Positions 28,800 to 43,967 of a DNA stretch of 64,000 nucleotides are shown in pieces. The DNA is from Octopus vulgaris (taxonomy: Eukaryota). The notes below the pieces were generated by a model that did no database searches, was not told the DNA's origin, and saw only the letters and a list, made by a program, of their open reading frames with translations. Location: positions 60,450,001 to 60,514,000 of the forward strand of contig OX597830.1 in the NCBI GenBank assembly GCA_951406725.2, in the 5' to 3' direction. How positions within the stretch are numbered: the stretch's first letter is position 1; every line of letters begins with the position of its first letter. The position numbers and the translations under genes are program-made.

Positions 28800-29400
28800 A
28801 TGAACTTTAAAATACCACTATACTACACGAAAGAGACAGATTTATGACGCACATCCAACAAGAATACTGCCAAATAAACCATGCCTGTAACAAACACTTT
28901 AACAACAAACTCGGATGAAACAGCAACAGCAATGATCTCGGCATAGTAGGAATCAACACAGGTCCCCAAGCAATATTACGGGATCGTCGTGTCGGAATGT
29001 GAACTACCAGACGACTTCGGCACCAAGGCACTGAAAAACAATGCCACCACCACCAACAACAACAACATCAATTACACCCCTGGAATATACTACGGTGTAA
29101 TACAGCTAGATACGGATGACATACATGCCTTAGAGTTACCATCAAAATTCACCACATATGAGGTCAGAAAAATTGATATGCAACTACTCGTACTCTGTGC
29201 AGTAGAAACACGTGCAGGTCATCAACTCTGTGCAGTAGAAACACGTGCAGGTCATCAACTCTGTGCAGTAGAAACACGTGCAGGTCATCAACTCTGTGCA
29301 GTAGAAACACGTGTAGGTCATCTTAACCATAGAACTATGCTGTATGACATTGTGAAATAAAAGAAAAGATGTATCAGTCTCTGCATACTTTATCGTTATA
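28800..29400 (+). mobile_element. Degenerate Penelope-like element 3' end
   Basis: Broken peptide …NKHFN…DLGIVGIN…ECEL…FGTKAL resembles a GIY-YIG endonuclease C-terminus, followed by a hammerhead 3' half (GAAACACGTGTA). Confidence 0.45.
29192..29322 (+). repeat. 33-bp minisatellite x4
   Basis: ACTCTGTGCAGTAGAAACACGTGCAGGTCATCA repeated four times. Confidence 0.95.
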
Positions 29401-29707
29401 ATTATTGCGAATATACACTCCAGATAATATTACCCTCCAGTGAAGCGAATACGGAATTACTCATAGGAAGAATTTACTGCGTGATGTTAAATACTTCTCG
29501 ATGCGGTTAGCGGTAACGTGGAACATAACCGAGAGCTACCACGGTATCTACCCGGAATAGAAGGCAATAAAGCATTCAGACAGATAGACGATACAAAGGC
29601 GGACATGAGAAACAACGATTATAAGGACAAGCAAAAAAAAAAAAGACGATTCATTCGTGGCCTTCTTTCCTCTGTCAAGTACCAGAAGTCATAACCGTTT
29701 CGGGCAG

Positions 29708-29775
<68 letters not shown>

Positions 29776-30612
29776 GAATCGTCTTTATATATATATAAAA
29801 TAACACATAATAAATAAAACATATGCATACATACATATATGTACATACCTACATCTATATATATATATACATGCATATATGGGTACAGGACACCACAAAT
29901 AAACGTAGAACACAACGAGAAACGAAAACATAAAACCAAACAAGGAAACGGACTTTTTTTAACAACGAAAAAACAGAGTACAAGACAACCAACACAAGGA
30001 ACATTCTCCTTCTTCAGCTGCACCTGTTTCGACTCAATGCGTGTTTTCGAAGGTATATATATACATATATATATATAATTTTTATTAATCCCGACAATCG
30101 TTTCGACACATCTAGCATCGACAGGTGGGACAGTTAACAACTTTAAGTTATGGATGAATTAAGTTTAGCTTTCAGCTCCTCATTCTTATAAACACCAAGT
30201 AGCTATTTTAACTGGCTTTGTGATCGTGTATTCACCAAACCATATGCGCTCATATGCTCACATTTTCGTAAATGCTTCTATTAGCGAGTGTACACGCTCA
30301 ATGCAGCTTGCGCGAGGGCGTTTATACACCCTCATCTCTTAACGGTTATTTTTAATACTTTTCTCGCTGTATTGCATGTTTGTTTCTTTTTTGCATCTGT
30401 GATTTGATTTGATTTCTGATCTTCTATAAAAATGAAGATATATCCTTCGTTTTGCTGCTTTTCTTTCTACGGAATGAGAAGATGCATTGCGGAAAAGTTA
30501 TTTTAACGAGTTATATCTATTTATCACCCGATGAGACACATCTGCACCGTTTCTGACCATACAGTGTATAAGTTGTGTTAATTGATATTTTCAATAAATA
30601 GTTAACAAAGAG

Positions 30613-30850
30613 CAATTGCAGCGTGGAAGGTGTTTGTAAGCCATCCGTGCTGCAGCACGGATTTTTGTCAGTGAACAGGTCGCGGTCTTAAAGCGACGAA
30701 AATATTTTGACAAATTAAACTTAAATGTTGAAGTGAATCGAACGGCTTTTGTGTGTTTCTTAAATGGCTTACAAACACCTTCCACGCTGCAATTGTTTTC
30801 GTTTCAGCACACGATCTCAGGTCAAGTCACTTGCTATGCAAGTACATCTC
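30613..30850 (+). mobile_element. Short fold-back element (Penelope pLTR-like), copy 1
   Basis: Inverted arms 30613-30644 / 30764-30795. Homologous to 46386-46625. Confidence 0.6.
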
Positions 30851-31517
30851 AGTTAACAAAGAGCCAGAAAAAAATGTGTCGATCACGCAGCAAATTAGAA
30901 ATTGCACAAATTTTAATAGGTCTCGATGTGGAACGGATGTTAGGTGGAACCTCAAGCCCAGAAAGACTAAAGATGAAGATGATTACATTAAAAAATTAAA
31001 AGAAAAATAAAGAAGTAGGGTATAAAGAATGTTGAGGAAGGCGAAAGGGTAAAATAAGAGGAGATAGAGGGAAAGGAAAAGGATAAGAAAAGGAAGAATC
31101 TAACGGAGAACAAAGAAGGTAGGTTGACGATGAAGGGGGGAAGAGAGAGGAAAGAAAAGGAATAATAAAAGGAGGAGGAGTGTAGTAGCAAGAACAAAGC
31201 AGGAGTAAAGAGGAATAGAAAATAGGGGCAAAACAATAAAAAGAGATGGAAAATGAAGGAAATGAAGAAGAAAAGAAGAAGAAATATCAGACAGAAACGA
31301 TTAGTTGCAAGTCATGAAGTGTTATAATTATAGGATTTTCACAAAGTCTTCTCAGAAATTATAGACTATATTATATATAGGAAATTTATATCTATGCATA
31401 AACGTACAAAGGCTGGACACGCACGTTTGTGTGAGTGTATATACAAATACACACACACATGTATACATACGTATATACATACACATACATCATGTATGTA
31501 TGTATGTATGTATGTAC

Positions 31518-31589
<72 letters not shown>

Positions 31590-31831
31590 CATTGATACCA
31601 AAATAATTGTCGTTTCTGTTATTTATAACATTGATACTTATACGAGAATAAATTTTTATTTATGTTTATGTAAAACACCATTTTATAGAACGCATTTCGA
31701 CTCATTCTTCTTTATTTTCAATTATTGTTGAATTTAGGATGGGGAAAAAACGGAAATTCGTTCGATCTCATTGCAAGACTTCAAAATGGAACACAAAATT
31801 ACGGAAACTAATCCTAATATCAGCCTTGAAT

Positions 31832-32040
31832 TTAAGGTGGCGAGCTGGCAGAAACGGGAGCACGCCGAGCGAAATGCTTAGCAGTATTTCGTCTCTGTCT
31901 TTATGTTCTGAGTTCAAATTCCACCGAGGTTGACTTTGCCTTTCATCCTTTCGGGGTCGATAAATTAAGTACCAGTTGCGTACTGGGGTCGATCTAATCG
32001 ACTGTTCCCCTCCTCTTGTACCTAGAGTAGAAAAGGAAAG
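31832..32040 (+). mobile_element. SINE family B
   Basis: 16-bp TSD AATATCAGCCTTGAAT at 31816-31831 and 32041-32056. Confidence 0.88.
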
Positions 32041-32099
32041 AATATCAGCCTTGAATCTGGTTGATCGATAATAAACCAGCTTGGTTCCAAAACCTTCGC

Positions 32100-32426
32100 A
32101 GTAGTATTTTATAGGTGAAGAAGGCTTCGGATGATCTACTGTTAACAATTACGAGCTAAATCCCTTAATTGGAGTGGGACCCTGCAAAATAACTCATGAC
32201 ATTGCAGGAGAATTAAATGTTGACCATTAAAGAGTTATTCTTCGACATCTTCGCCTCATTGGAAAGTTAAAATGCTCTCGATAAATGGATGCTACACGAG
32301 ATAAACGAAAAACACAAATGAAGTCCTGTGCAAAATTTGTAACGGGTATTTTTATGTGTCTCCGTTATCTACGTTTATCGAGAGTATTTTGATCTTCCAA
32401 TGAGGTGTAAATGTCGAAGAATAACT
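32100..32426 (+). pseudogene. Mariner transposase relic with fold-back duplication
   Basis: …KITHDIAGELNVDH…ILRHLRLIGK…DKW.LHEINEK (WVPHEL-like motif), followed by an inverted copy of its last ~70 bp. Confidence 0.6.
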
Positions 32427-33901
32427 ACGATAGTTTTACTATACATAACACTGATGGAGGGGATTAAACCACTCATAGTGCAATTACAGCATCGATATTA
32501 GGGTTTGAGGATAATTCGAAATATAAGGTATACGTTTTTGAATAAACATTATTTTTGTCCCACTGTAAAATTTAAGAAGGTTTTATCTCTTCGCCATTTT
32601 TCGCAATTGCAATATAGAACACACATTGAATAAACGCGTATTCCCAGTAATATGAGAAGGAATCTGAAAGACGTTCTCAAATAAATGAGTTAATAAACTA
32701 TAAAAACAATTGTACCAAAGCGAGAATATTATTAGAATATTTATGAGAAATTATTAATTAGAATATTATTAGAATATTTATGAGAAATTATTAATTAAAA
32801 TATTATTAGAATATTTATGAGAAATTATCAGAATATTTTCCAAAGAAAATTTACATAGTTCGTTTTTCGAAGAACGTACGAGAATCATAAGTTTAGTTAA
32901 GTTGGCACGGAAAATATTTAATATAGTGACTATATTTTGATTACAGAAACCTCCGAGGACATGTGCGTTATTACCATCGTATCTATGTACGTATAATGCA
33001 CAGCGTTTAGTTATTTCCATCTACAACGATCTGTCCCACATCTAAAGCAACAAAAAGCACTTTTGGAGAAAAAAAAATTCTCTCTTCTACCACATGCACT
33101 TGATGCCTGTAACTCTGACAAATGTCACTGCTCAAGCAGCTGTTGACTAGCTTTGGAATTTCTGCCAGACCGTTGTTCTAGCAACACTTTAGCAATAGTT
33201 AATAGCAATACGGCACAGGCAAATATATTCAGAAGGTCAGCAAGCACATCATGACTTCAGTCGTGATATTTGTCACTCTCCATGTAAAATGAATGCGCCA
33301 CTAATGGAAATCAATAAGTTGAAACAGTCGTTTGTCCTGCGATGACCCGGAAGTTTGCTCTCTAAATGTCGTTCGTTGCTTTATTGTGTAATATATACAC
33401 ACAAGTGGACACACAGACACACAAAAACATAAACATGTATAAGTATAAGTATGCTCTATCCGGATTTATTAATTGCATCTAAGTCCGAAAAACCACATCT
33501 TCTCTCCCTCCTCCCCCTTCACTTACTGTTCCTACAACGCATCATCGTCCACCTCTTCCAACGCCTGCAATCTGGCTGTGCCACCTCTCGTTTCTTCCCT
33601 TTCCGACTGATTCATTCCTTTAAGTGCCCTCGCAACCGATGCAGCCTCCTCATCCACAGTTCTTTTCCCATGTCCGTCCCGCTCCTAAAATCCTCCCCCG
33701 CCTGGTTTTCGTCCCGCTGCTTTCTTTTTCAACACCACCACCCTGATCGGACCCAAGCTTCGCAACTTACCTGTTAAATACTCTTTTCGATGCACTTAAC
33801 TTCTTCATACATGCGCACTAATATTCCCTCAGCAGATCGATCTACACCAAGCAAAATGGCCGCGAATGGTTGAACACGTTTTCAGAGTATTTCAGAGACG
33901 T

Positions 33902-34293
33902 GGTGGTGGAAGCACTCCGTCGGTTACGACGACGAGGGTTCCGGTTGATCCGAATCAACGGAACAGCCTGCTCGTGAAATTAACGTGTAAGTGGCTGAGC
34001 ACTCCACAGACACGTGCACCCTTAACGTAGTTCTCGGGGATATTCAGCGTGACACAGAGAGTGACAAGGCCGGCCCCTTGAAATACAAGTACATCAGAAA
34101 CAGGAAGTAAGAGTGAGAGAACGTTGTGGTGAAAGAGTACAGCAGGGATCACCACCATCCCCTGCCGGAGCCTCGTGGAGCTTTTAGGTGTTTTTTCGCT
34201 CAATAAACACTCACAACGCCCGGTCAGGGAATCGAAACCGCGATCCTATGACCGCGAGTCCGCTGCCCTAACCACTGGGCCATTGCGCCTCCA
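33902..34293 (-). mobile_element. SINE family C (tRNA-derived), tail type 2
   Basis: tRNA-like head on the - strand, (ACC)n end, 9-bp TSD CAGAGACGT (33893-33901 / 34294-34302). Confidence 0.88.
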
Positions 34294-35770
34294 CAGAGAC
34301 GTACAGCTTGGCAAACAGTCGCCTGCTTTTTGACATTTCTGCTCCACTGAATATTCCCCCCCCCCACATCTCTCAGTCATTAGCTTGGCCTCCAACATAG
34401 GATCTCCCATTACACGCCTTCCGAGGGAACTTCTCTCAAAAATCTGCACGATCTCAAAAATCTGCCTAAATCACCATCGTCAATTTTCTAACTTGCACTT
34501 CCTTCCTACAACCCCTTAAATTACACTACTGTTTCTTCTGCTCTGCCTCTTTTCTCTGCAGCCCTACCTGTACCTTACTCTCCTCTCCCCTATATCCCTT
34601 ATCTCACCCTTCACCCCTTACATTTACAAACACCCTTCAACACATTAACACAGCCTCCACGTACAAGTACACATATACGCACATCGCTGTCCACCAATCA
34701 TCTTGCTTCTTTGAAACACATACTTTGACATGTGGACACACACGTACCCACACCTATCAACTCTTCACATACGCACACATTCACACGTGCACACCCACTA
34801 GCACACTCTTACATACGCCTTCTACTCTTCATTTATATACGCATATACACACACGTATGCGGAACAGATAAGCCCCAACGCACCACACACGTACGCATAC
34901 ATTCATTCACACACTAGTATATACACTTCTTCTAGATTTCAGAACTCCTGTTTCGAATCACACCTTTCTTCACCTCGTCTTCCACTTATTAGATCTGTTT
35001 AACCATTAATTATTCAACTGGACGACATGCAAGCGACACCGCTCTCATACCCAAGCTGTTTGTGAGATTTCACTCACCATATTATCCTTTAATCACTTTC
35101 AAAACACTAAATTTGTCCCTGTTTATTGTTTTTTTTCCTACACCACATGTGTTACATGTACCTATTCCTGTGTTCTCCATGCTTATGTTCTCCATGGACT
35201 TTAATTACTTTTTTACCCTCCTCTCGACACGCTGCCAAACTATTCAGACCTTTTACCCATGTTGTGTAATTGTTATCAATTTCTTTTACTTTTCTTCTCT
35301 TCACATGATTCATACACATTTCTCTCATTTCAAAGTTTTGGTTAAAAAATGTTTCCACACCTTTACGTACGCTTGTTATTCACTCCCACATACATCAACA
35401 AACTCTCCCACCTTGCACTCACCATTTCATGTACTTCTATGCCTTTATTGTATCACGCTCGAACACGCTCTCACTTTCCAACATACTCGCTTTCATACTA
35501 ATCACCTAACGATCACACGCACACACCAATACCTCACACCACCACAAACCAACGCTACTGTACTTTCATCCTTACGCACCTCTCCTCTATAATGCCTGCT
35601 TCGTGAGGTAAATATACTCTTATATACACCCACCCTTGTGCCGCTTTCTTTCTTTGTTCAGCTGAATATCTGACATCCGAAACGTCACGACATATATTCG
35701 CACACACGCGCGCACACATATCGTCGTTAGTGGTTTCACATGTTTGTAAAATGTAACACATACACACACT

Positions 35771-35856
<86 letters not shown>

Positions 35857-35885
35857 GTATGTATATATATATATGTATATATATG

Positions 35886-35936
<51 letters not shown>

Positions 35937-36106
35937 GTATATATATGTATATATATATATATATATATGTATATGTATATATATATATAAAATATACATA
36001 CATCCATAAATATATATATATATATTTATACATCTCTCCCTCTCTCTATATATATACATCCATCCATATATAAAAAGTATATACATACGTACGGGTATGT
36101 GTATGA

Positions 36107-36171
<65 letters not shown>

Positions 36172-36392
36172 GTTTAACAGTAGAATGAAAGTGAAAGACA
36201 TAATAGAAAAAGGTAAGTACGTTACAAGATGGCAAGAGAGAGAGAAAGAGAGAGAGAGACATAAATACAGAGGGAGAGAAAGAGAGAGAGAGAGAGAGAT
36301 GTACTGGAATAAAAGGAAAACTATCATATCATATTCACATGTAAACAAAAACAAATACAATAGGAAATTACATTAACAAGTGCTACTGCTGG

Positions 36393-36451
<59 letters not shown>

Positions 36452-36583
36452 TTACTACCACTAATACTACTACTACAAAAATAACAAAGTGAAAAGGAGT
36501 AATGACAACAAACGAAATCTAATTTCCTTGGAGAGGACGAGAAAAATAAGCCGTTCTGTGTTGACATTTATATGGTTGATGTA

Positions 36584-36676
<93 letters not shown>

Positions 36677-36681
36677 ATACA

Positions 36682-36725
<44 letters not shown>

Positions 36726-37044
36726 CATATATATATAAAGCATATATACATACATGGGTGTGTTTAATGTGTATTATGAGTACACCAATGTATATAATGT
36801 GGTATATGTATATGCATACGTACGTATGTATGGATGAAGGGATACATTATGTATGCACTTGTTAAGAGAAAGTGAATGAGTGACACGGATATAGATGTAA
36901 GAAAATTAAAGAAACATTGTGATATACACATGTACAATAATATATGTACACTATATATGTATATGTGTATATGTGTGTGTATATACGTGTTTATATATAT
37001 GTATATACTCACGCACACACACACATATATATATTTACAAACAT

Positions 37045-37116
<72 letters not shown>

Positions 37117-37652
37117 ACATATGTATGTAATTATATTTGTGATGCATTTGTGTACATATATGTATGTATGTATATGTGTGTGTGTGTATCTGCTTGTGTG
37201 TGTGCGTGTGTGTGTGTGTGTAACTATTTCTTTATCTGCTTATCTCTCTATTCCTCTGTACTAACAGTGTTTCACTGTGAGTCATAGTGGCCACAGTTGG
37301 CAGGGAAATTCACGGCACCACCGATACTAAGACAGAAAGAAAAAATGTTATTCATGGTAATATTGATGTCTGTGATGAGCAATGTGATGATAAACTCGCC
37401 CATCACATTCGTTATGACGATAACAAAATCATCGTCATCAAAAACTAAATCAAATACAACTACAATAATAATATTCCTTTCTACTAAAGTCACAAGGCCT
37501 GGAATTATGGGATGGGGGGGTAGTCGTAACCGGTACTTATTTCATCGACCCCGAAAGGATGAAAGACAAAATCGACCTGAGTGGCGTAAAGAGTTGCAAG
37601 AAATGTCACCAAACGCCAAGATAAAATACCGGCCAATTTAGCATGCACTAGC

Positions 37653-37720
<68 letters not shown>

Positions 37721-37887
37721 CATAATTTTCGTATGTTTTTTTTAGGCATTCACTAGTACAACACTAAGTACAAAACCAAATATATGGCAACCTAGGCATA
37801 ACACCAACATGAACTTCCAACTTGTCTCTTGAGGTCTCTAGGTGAGACTTGGAGCTAGCTTGTGCAAATGTAAAGCAAAAGTGAAAC

Positions 37888-37950
<63 letters not shown>

Positions 37951-38488
37951 GACAGAAAAAAAAGGAAAGAAAAAGAGAGAAAGAAGAATATTTGATCAAA
38001 CAGCTTTGTATAAATTTGATGATATTCTCCTGTCATCTTATTCATTCCTCCAGGGCGTGATGTTAATAACCTGCAAACATATTTCTCCTCATACATTCTG
38101 AGAAGTGAAAGCGAAGTAGATTCAGAATATTTTCTGAGAACATGCGCTTTCAAGTCCTCCTCAAAACTGCAGCCGCTTGAAACGAAATGCTCCGCAAGTT
38201 CCGTCGAACTGCTGTTATTACGCCTGGCGTCAAATCTGTGCCCATTAAATCTTTTGTTTAATTAACAATAATAATAATTAGAAGACTGCGTGGAGTTAGA
38301 GTAGATATAGACTCCTATGTAGGTAATAGGGAAGAAAGTTTATTAAAAGCTACTAGAGTCACAGCAAGGCATAGGGAAACCAAAAAAAGGGGGACATCCT
38401 ACGCATAAGTAGGAGTAAGAATGCAACATTTACTTTGGCTCACAACACAAAACAATTCCATCGAGTAATGATACTTGTTAGTCTAGAG

Positions 38489-38707
38489 CAGTGCTTTTCA
38501 AACTTTTTGCTGGAGCGGAACCCCAAGGAAACATTCCACTGGCTCCAGGAACCCCTGTGCAATAATTTAATAGTCTTATGCACACACATCTGCACAGGAG
38601 AATTAAAAATTACTGCCGATTTTAGCAGTTTTGTAACTTCTTGCGGAACCCCTGGACTGTTCTGGCGGAACCCTAAGGTTCCGTGGAACCCTGGTTGAAA
38701 ACCACTA
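38489..38707. mobile_element. hAT-type MITE
   Basis: TIRs CAGTGCTTTTCAA / TTGAAAACCACTA, internal GGAACCC subterminal repeats, 8-bp TSD GTCTAGAG / GTCTAGGG. Confidence 0.85.
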
Positions 38708-40994
38708 GTCTAGGGAAAGTGTGCCCGCTGAAAGTTCTGTGAGTTTGTTTGGCGTGAAACTAGGGGGAAATCTCCCATCATGTATCCCTGTTTTGACTGC
38801 TAGTTTGGTTCTCACCACCAGTCTATCTTTTAAATGTTTTACAGCATTGGATCCAATCTGCTCTTCATTTAACGCGGTTTTATGTTTTGTCTTCTTCTTT
38901 CAGGGAACCAACATCGTCGCTAAGAATTGTCCAAGACGGGAAAATGTTTCTTTTCATGCGTCTTGCTCGTTTTTGGTCTGAGTTTGCTCTTTCTCTTCCA
39001 AACCTTTCCTTTCATGGCTGTCACCGAAAATCTGTCATTCTTGCCAACATCCATTACTTCCCCTCTGCCGCAATACATGAGATGACACTACAGGGAGGTG
39101 GCTCCCTACTTCCGACTTTCACCTCCTGGTACTAAGGACGGGACATGGCAATCTTTGCAACTGTTCTTACTTGTGTTGCTCTGTAAACAACAGCTTCTAG
39201 TTTTGCTGGTGTTTCGTATTTTCTTTATCGTCTGGGCAGAAACTCCTCACTTTAGAAACTCCTAGGCTTGCACCACTAGTCTGATTGCTTCTCTTTCTGT
39301 ATAAACAATGCGGTACAACTCCGAGGTAGCTTTATAATCTTCGAAGTTCATCAACGCTGGAATGTCATTTGGTGGGGAAGGAATGGGTAAGTGGGGTAAA
39401 AGGAGAAATTTCTGATTTCTCATTATGTTCTCTCTACCTATTTGAAACCATTGCACTGTAAGTATTGCATCCTCAGTTTGTACTGTTGCATCATCTTTGG
39501 GAGTAAAACCTGATGAGCATAGTTGTTGTTGTTGTTGTTGAGAGAGTTTGAAACAAAGTCAGGTTACAGATACGTTTATCTTAAGATGATTTTTTTCCCA
39601 ACTTTGACCTAATTGCAATTGAGGTTGCTAATAAAATATCTGGATAATTTTTGGTGTTTAGTAATCAATATTCTTTTCTCTATTGGATTCCAAGGAAAAT
39701 TTTTCCCCTCAACAATATCTGATAGATAGGTTTTAATTTTCCAAAAAAAATATGTTTAAATTGAGGTAAAATGAGTAATGACTAATTTCAATAATTTCTC
39801 CTTTTTACTTGAATGTTGCGTAAATATGTAAATTAGAAAAGGAACCATTCCTGCAGATCGCGAAGAAGCTGTAGAGAATATTTTATGTTGAGATTTTAGA
39901 TTTACTAAAAAATTTTGTTAATTTCTTATTATGTGCCTTTTTCCATGATCGTCTTTCCTTTAACCTAGATATTTTAAGTTTTTGTGTCATTTCTGATCTT
40001 TCTGATGTTCTTGTTTAACAGATTTAGTTATTGTAAGGCAATGAAAAAATATAAAAAAATATTTTTTTCTCGAAGTCAAAAATGCAGTAAATATTACTCA
40101 TTGAGCTCCCTCCCACCTCAAAAGAATCAACTCGACTATATATTGTTTCATATTACTTGTGCGCTCACCATCTGCCAATATTGTGTCTTGTATGTAACAT
40201 CGAGCCAAAGGCCAACGTCACAACGTCACTGGTTGTGATACGTGTTTTACATCGTTCCATAAATATTATAGCGCCGGCTTGTAGTATGATGTGTGATGCA
40301 CCATCCCCTGTGTTGTCTCGCCTCATTTTCCATCACAAACACAAAACACACACTTCCAAGTGTTGCTCTGCAATGATCGATCGGATGGACATTGTTTCAT
40401 CAGTTGGTAGAGGACATCTCTTCTTGCTGTTCTTTTGTGTCATATGAAAGCTCTCTTGGTTTTATTTATTTATTTATTTATTTTTGCAAGACGAAAGCAC
40501 AACACACTTCAATGTCTTTTTCTGCAATCACCACTTTCTTGCTGATCAGACAAGCTGAGCCAGTAAAATGTTCGCCATGGTTATTTGTGTGTAGTGGGGC
40601 TAATGCCTACTTTTGAAAATGCATCTTTTTATCATTTTTTTTCATTTTCTAGTTATCAATAATTTAATTGGTAATAGTTTTGTGAAGCGTAGGTGTTGCT
40701 ACCAACCTTATGCTTGTACGACTCCATCTCAGTCAAGGCCATGCCTACAAATATTTTCTTGAAATTTGTCTGACGGCTAAATTGAAATTTTTGTCTCTAA
40801 ATGTAAAGTCTTTTTAATCTCCGGAACGGCGGGGAGGCAACAGAAAAATATTATTTTCTCTGTGTAACGAGTATACACGAACGATTCAAAAACAAGCATC
40901 CAATTTGAAAAGATCTGCGATAATTTTCCTATAATATTAAGACTGTAAACAACATATCCATCGCGAGAAACTTCCAAAATAATATGAACAATAT

Positions 40995-41395
40995 AGGCGC
41001 AGACATATTTGCCTGGCTATGAAGCACACATTGAAACCACATGCTTTCGTGTTCAATCACATTGAGTGGCACCTTGAAGAAGTGTCTTTTGTTATCGCCC
41101 CGCGCTGACCAAGGCCATGTGAATGTATTTGGTAGATAGAAATATGTGGAAATCTGTCGATATATATATATGCATCTATGTATGTATGTTTGTATGAATA
41201 TGTAAAATGTGTGTGGCTTTGAGTTTATCAACCTGTTTGTATCTCTGTAACTTAACGGTTTGGCGAAAGTTACTGATAGAATAAGTACCGGACTAAAATA
41301 AAATAGGTACTTGCGGGAATTTGATTGACTAAACCCTTCAAAGTGGGGCCCCAGCATGGCCTCAGGCCAATGACTGAAAGTAAGAATAAAAGATG
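40995..41395 (+). mobile_element. SINE family A, old diverged copy
   Basis: Diverged but colinear with 10776-11211. Confidence 0.7.
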
Positions 41396-41429
41396 ATATT
41401 GATTCCAAAGGCCTGCAAGTTCGAGTAAG

Positions 41430-41602
41430 GGTTAGTCGATAATATTGATGCCAGTACTCAACTGGTAGTTATTTCATCGACCCCTGAAAGAATTAAAGTC
41501 AAAATCGACCTCGGCGGAATTTGAACTCAGTAAGTAAAGAAGGGCGCCATGCCGCTAGCCATATTGCCCGACGTGGATAACGTTTCTGCCAGCCAACCGC
41601 CT
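41430..41602 (-). mobile_element. SINE family B, diverged copy
   Basis: Reverse complement matches the family B body. Confidence 0.65.
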
Positions 41603-41906
41603 TCGGATAAAAGATTATATTAATATCGAGATGGCAACAACAAGTAAAACAACAGCAATAGCAGTAAAAATAATCGGATGCACTCAGACATGTGTATGCA
41701 TCTGTATGTGTATTTATGCACGCAAGAGTGTGAATATATATGTATAAATGTGTTTGTTAGTGTGTGCGTGTGTATATATATATATACACACATATGCCTA
41801 CACATATGCAGTATACACACACACCACCCACATTTAGTGATACAATTCTGTGTGCACACCACACAGAAACATGTATAGGCACATGTGTGTGTATGTGTGT
41901 GTGTGG

Positions 41907-42009
<103 letters not shown>

Positions 42010-42093
42010 GTATATATATATATATGTATGTATATATATGTGTATATGTGTATATAGTTGTGTTTGGAGAGAGTCATTCTGTTTTAATGCCTC

Positions 42094-42141
<48 letters not shown>

Positions 42142-42830
42142 AGAGTGAGTTACAACTTAAGTGCAATGTGCATTCAATTTTTTCCATTGATGGGAAAATT
42201 AATTGCACCCGCATCACTAGATATGTTCGTTCTTTTTTTTACAACGCTGCAGATTTGAAATTGAAATTCCAATGAAGTTGCTGCTATGATGTTAGCCAAG
42301 TCTACTGTCGATGGTTTCAGGGACAAAATCATGAGTAATTTCTCATATTACTTTATGAATAGTCATCATTTGTTCGTCAGAACAGTGTTATGGACTTTTT
42401 CATTATTGTTGTTAACACCGGACGTATTCGGGCCTTCAGATCCTTCTCGAAGCATAAAAACTATGCGGCCATTCACTGAAATTTTCAGTGCATTCATTGA
42501 CAGACTGTTATGGAAAATAATCGTTTCCTAATAATCAGAAAAGCCATCGCTGGTTTGTGGGGTCTTGAAGTACTTTCATCCCACACAAAAACAGATCAAT
42601 GGCAATACTCTGTTCGGAACAAGAAGAATGCGATGCGGCCAAAGTTGACGTAACAAGAACAACAATTTAACTGATGTTTAAGTTTAGACCTGCACTAAGT
42701 GACTTATGGAAGATGGCACTTGTGATGCGCGAGCAACAATTTTCCTGCAATAGGAAACTAAATTTCGAATGCATATTGTGGATATGTAATGATTCCCCCA
42801 CCACGTGAATCATATATAGGTGTACACACA

Positions 42831-42969
<139 letters not shown>

Positions 42970-42974
42970 ATATG

Positions 42975-43026
<52 letters not shown>

Positions 43027-43080
43027 TATATCTATACATATACTTATACATATATATCATATATATATATATATATATAT

Positions 43081-43143
<63 letters not shown>

Positions 43144-43760
43144 TACATATATATATATATAATCCACACACACACACATATGCATATACATGTTTCCGTG
43201 TGGTGTGCACACAGAATTGTATCACTAAATGTGGGTGGTGTGTGTGTGTGTGTGTATACTGCATATGTGTAGGCATCTGTGCGTATGCGTATGCACATTA
43301 GTATGATAATATTCCAACAGAGCTATCCAATATTCAGTGCAGATTGAAGATGGGAAACTGGTATGTATTAATATAAACTTTTATCATATGTCATATCAGA
43401 TTCCATGAACCATAAAATGCTTCTTTCCTATTCTTATTAATTTTTCTTTCCAATTATCTCAGTGACGTAGTACAATATAGAATGAAAGAGATAAAAAGAG
43501 CAGAAGAGAAAGCGAAACTAAGAGACACAACACAGAGATAAATACTTATTGTACGATAAAACAGAAAATGTTCTATGAAAATCTTATCTAAATGACAATC
43601 TCTCGTAGTCTCAAGCTCTCCCATATATACACACGCATACATGGACAGCACACACACATTTGTACGTATAATATATTATATATGTATTTGGGTAAACTTT
43701 GCTTATTATAGTATATATTTATTTATATATATATGTATATATGTATATATATATGTATAT

Positions 43761-43810
<50 letters not shown>

Positions 43811-43819
43811 GTATATATA

Positions 43820-43851
<32 letters not shown>

Positions 43852-43915
43852 CAGTATATATATGTTTGTATGTATGTATATATGTATGTGAATATATATA
43901 CGTATATATATATGT

Positions 43916-43967
<52 letters not shown>

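Noticed and set aside
29192-29322. Possible CRISPR array (33-bp repeats)
   Set aside because: Units are head-to-tail with no spacers, there are no cas genes, and the context is eukaryotic.
33340-33870. ETS-like CCGGAAGT and YY1-like AAAATGGCCG motifs as a promoter
   Set aside because: Isolated short motifs 500 bp apart, with no associated exon evidence.
34220-34293. Possible tRNA gene
   Set aside because: It is the tRNA-derived head of a SINE, continuous with body, tail and TSD.
39505-39567. CTGATGA…GAAACAAAGTC motif
   Set aside because: Stem II is replaced by (GTT)n and stem I is out of register. Not supportable.
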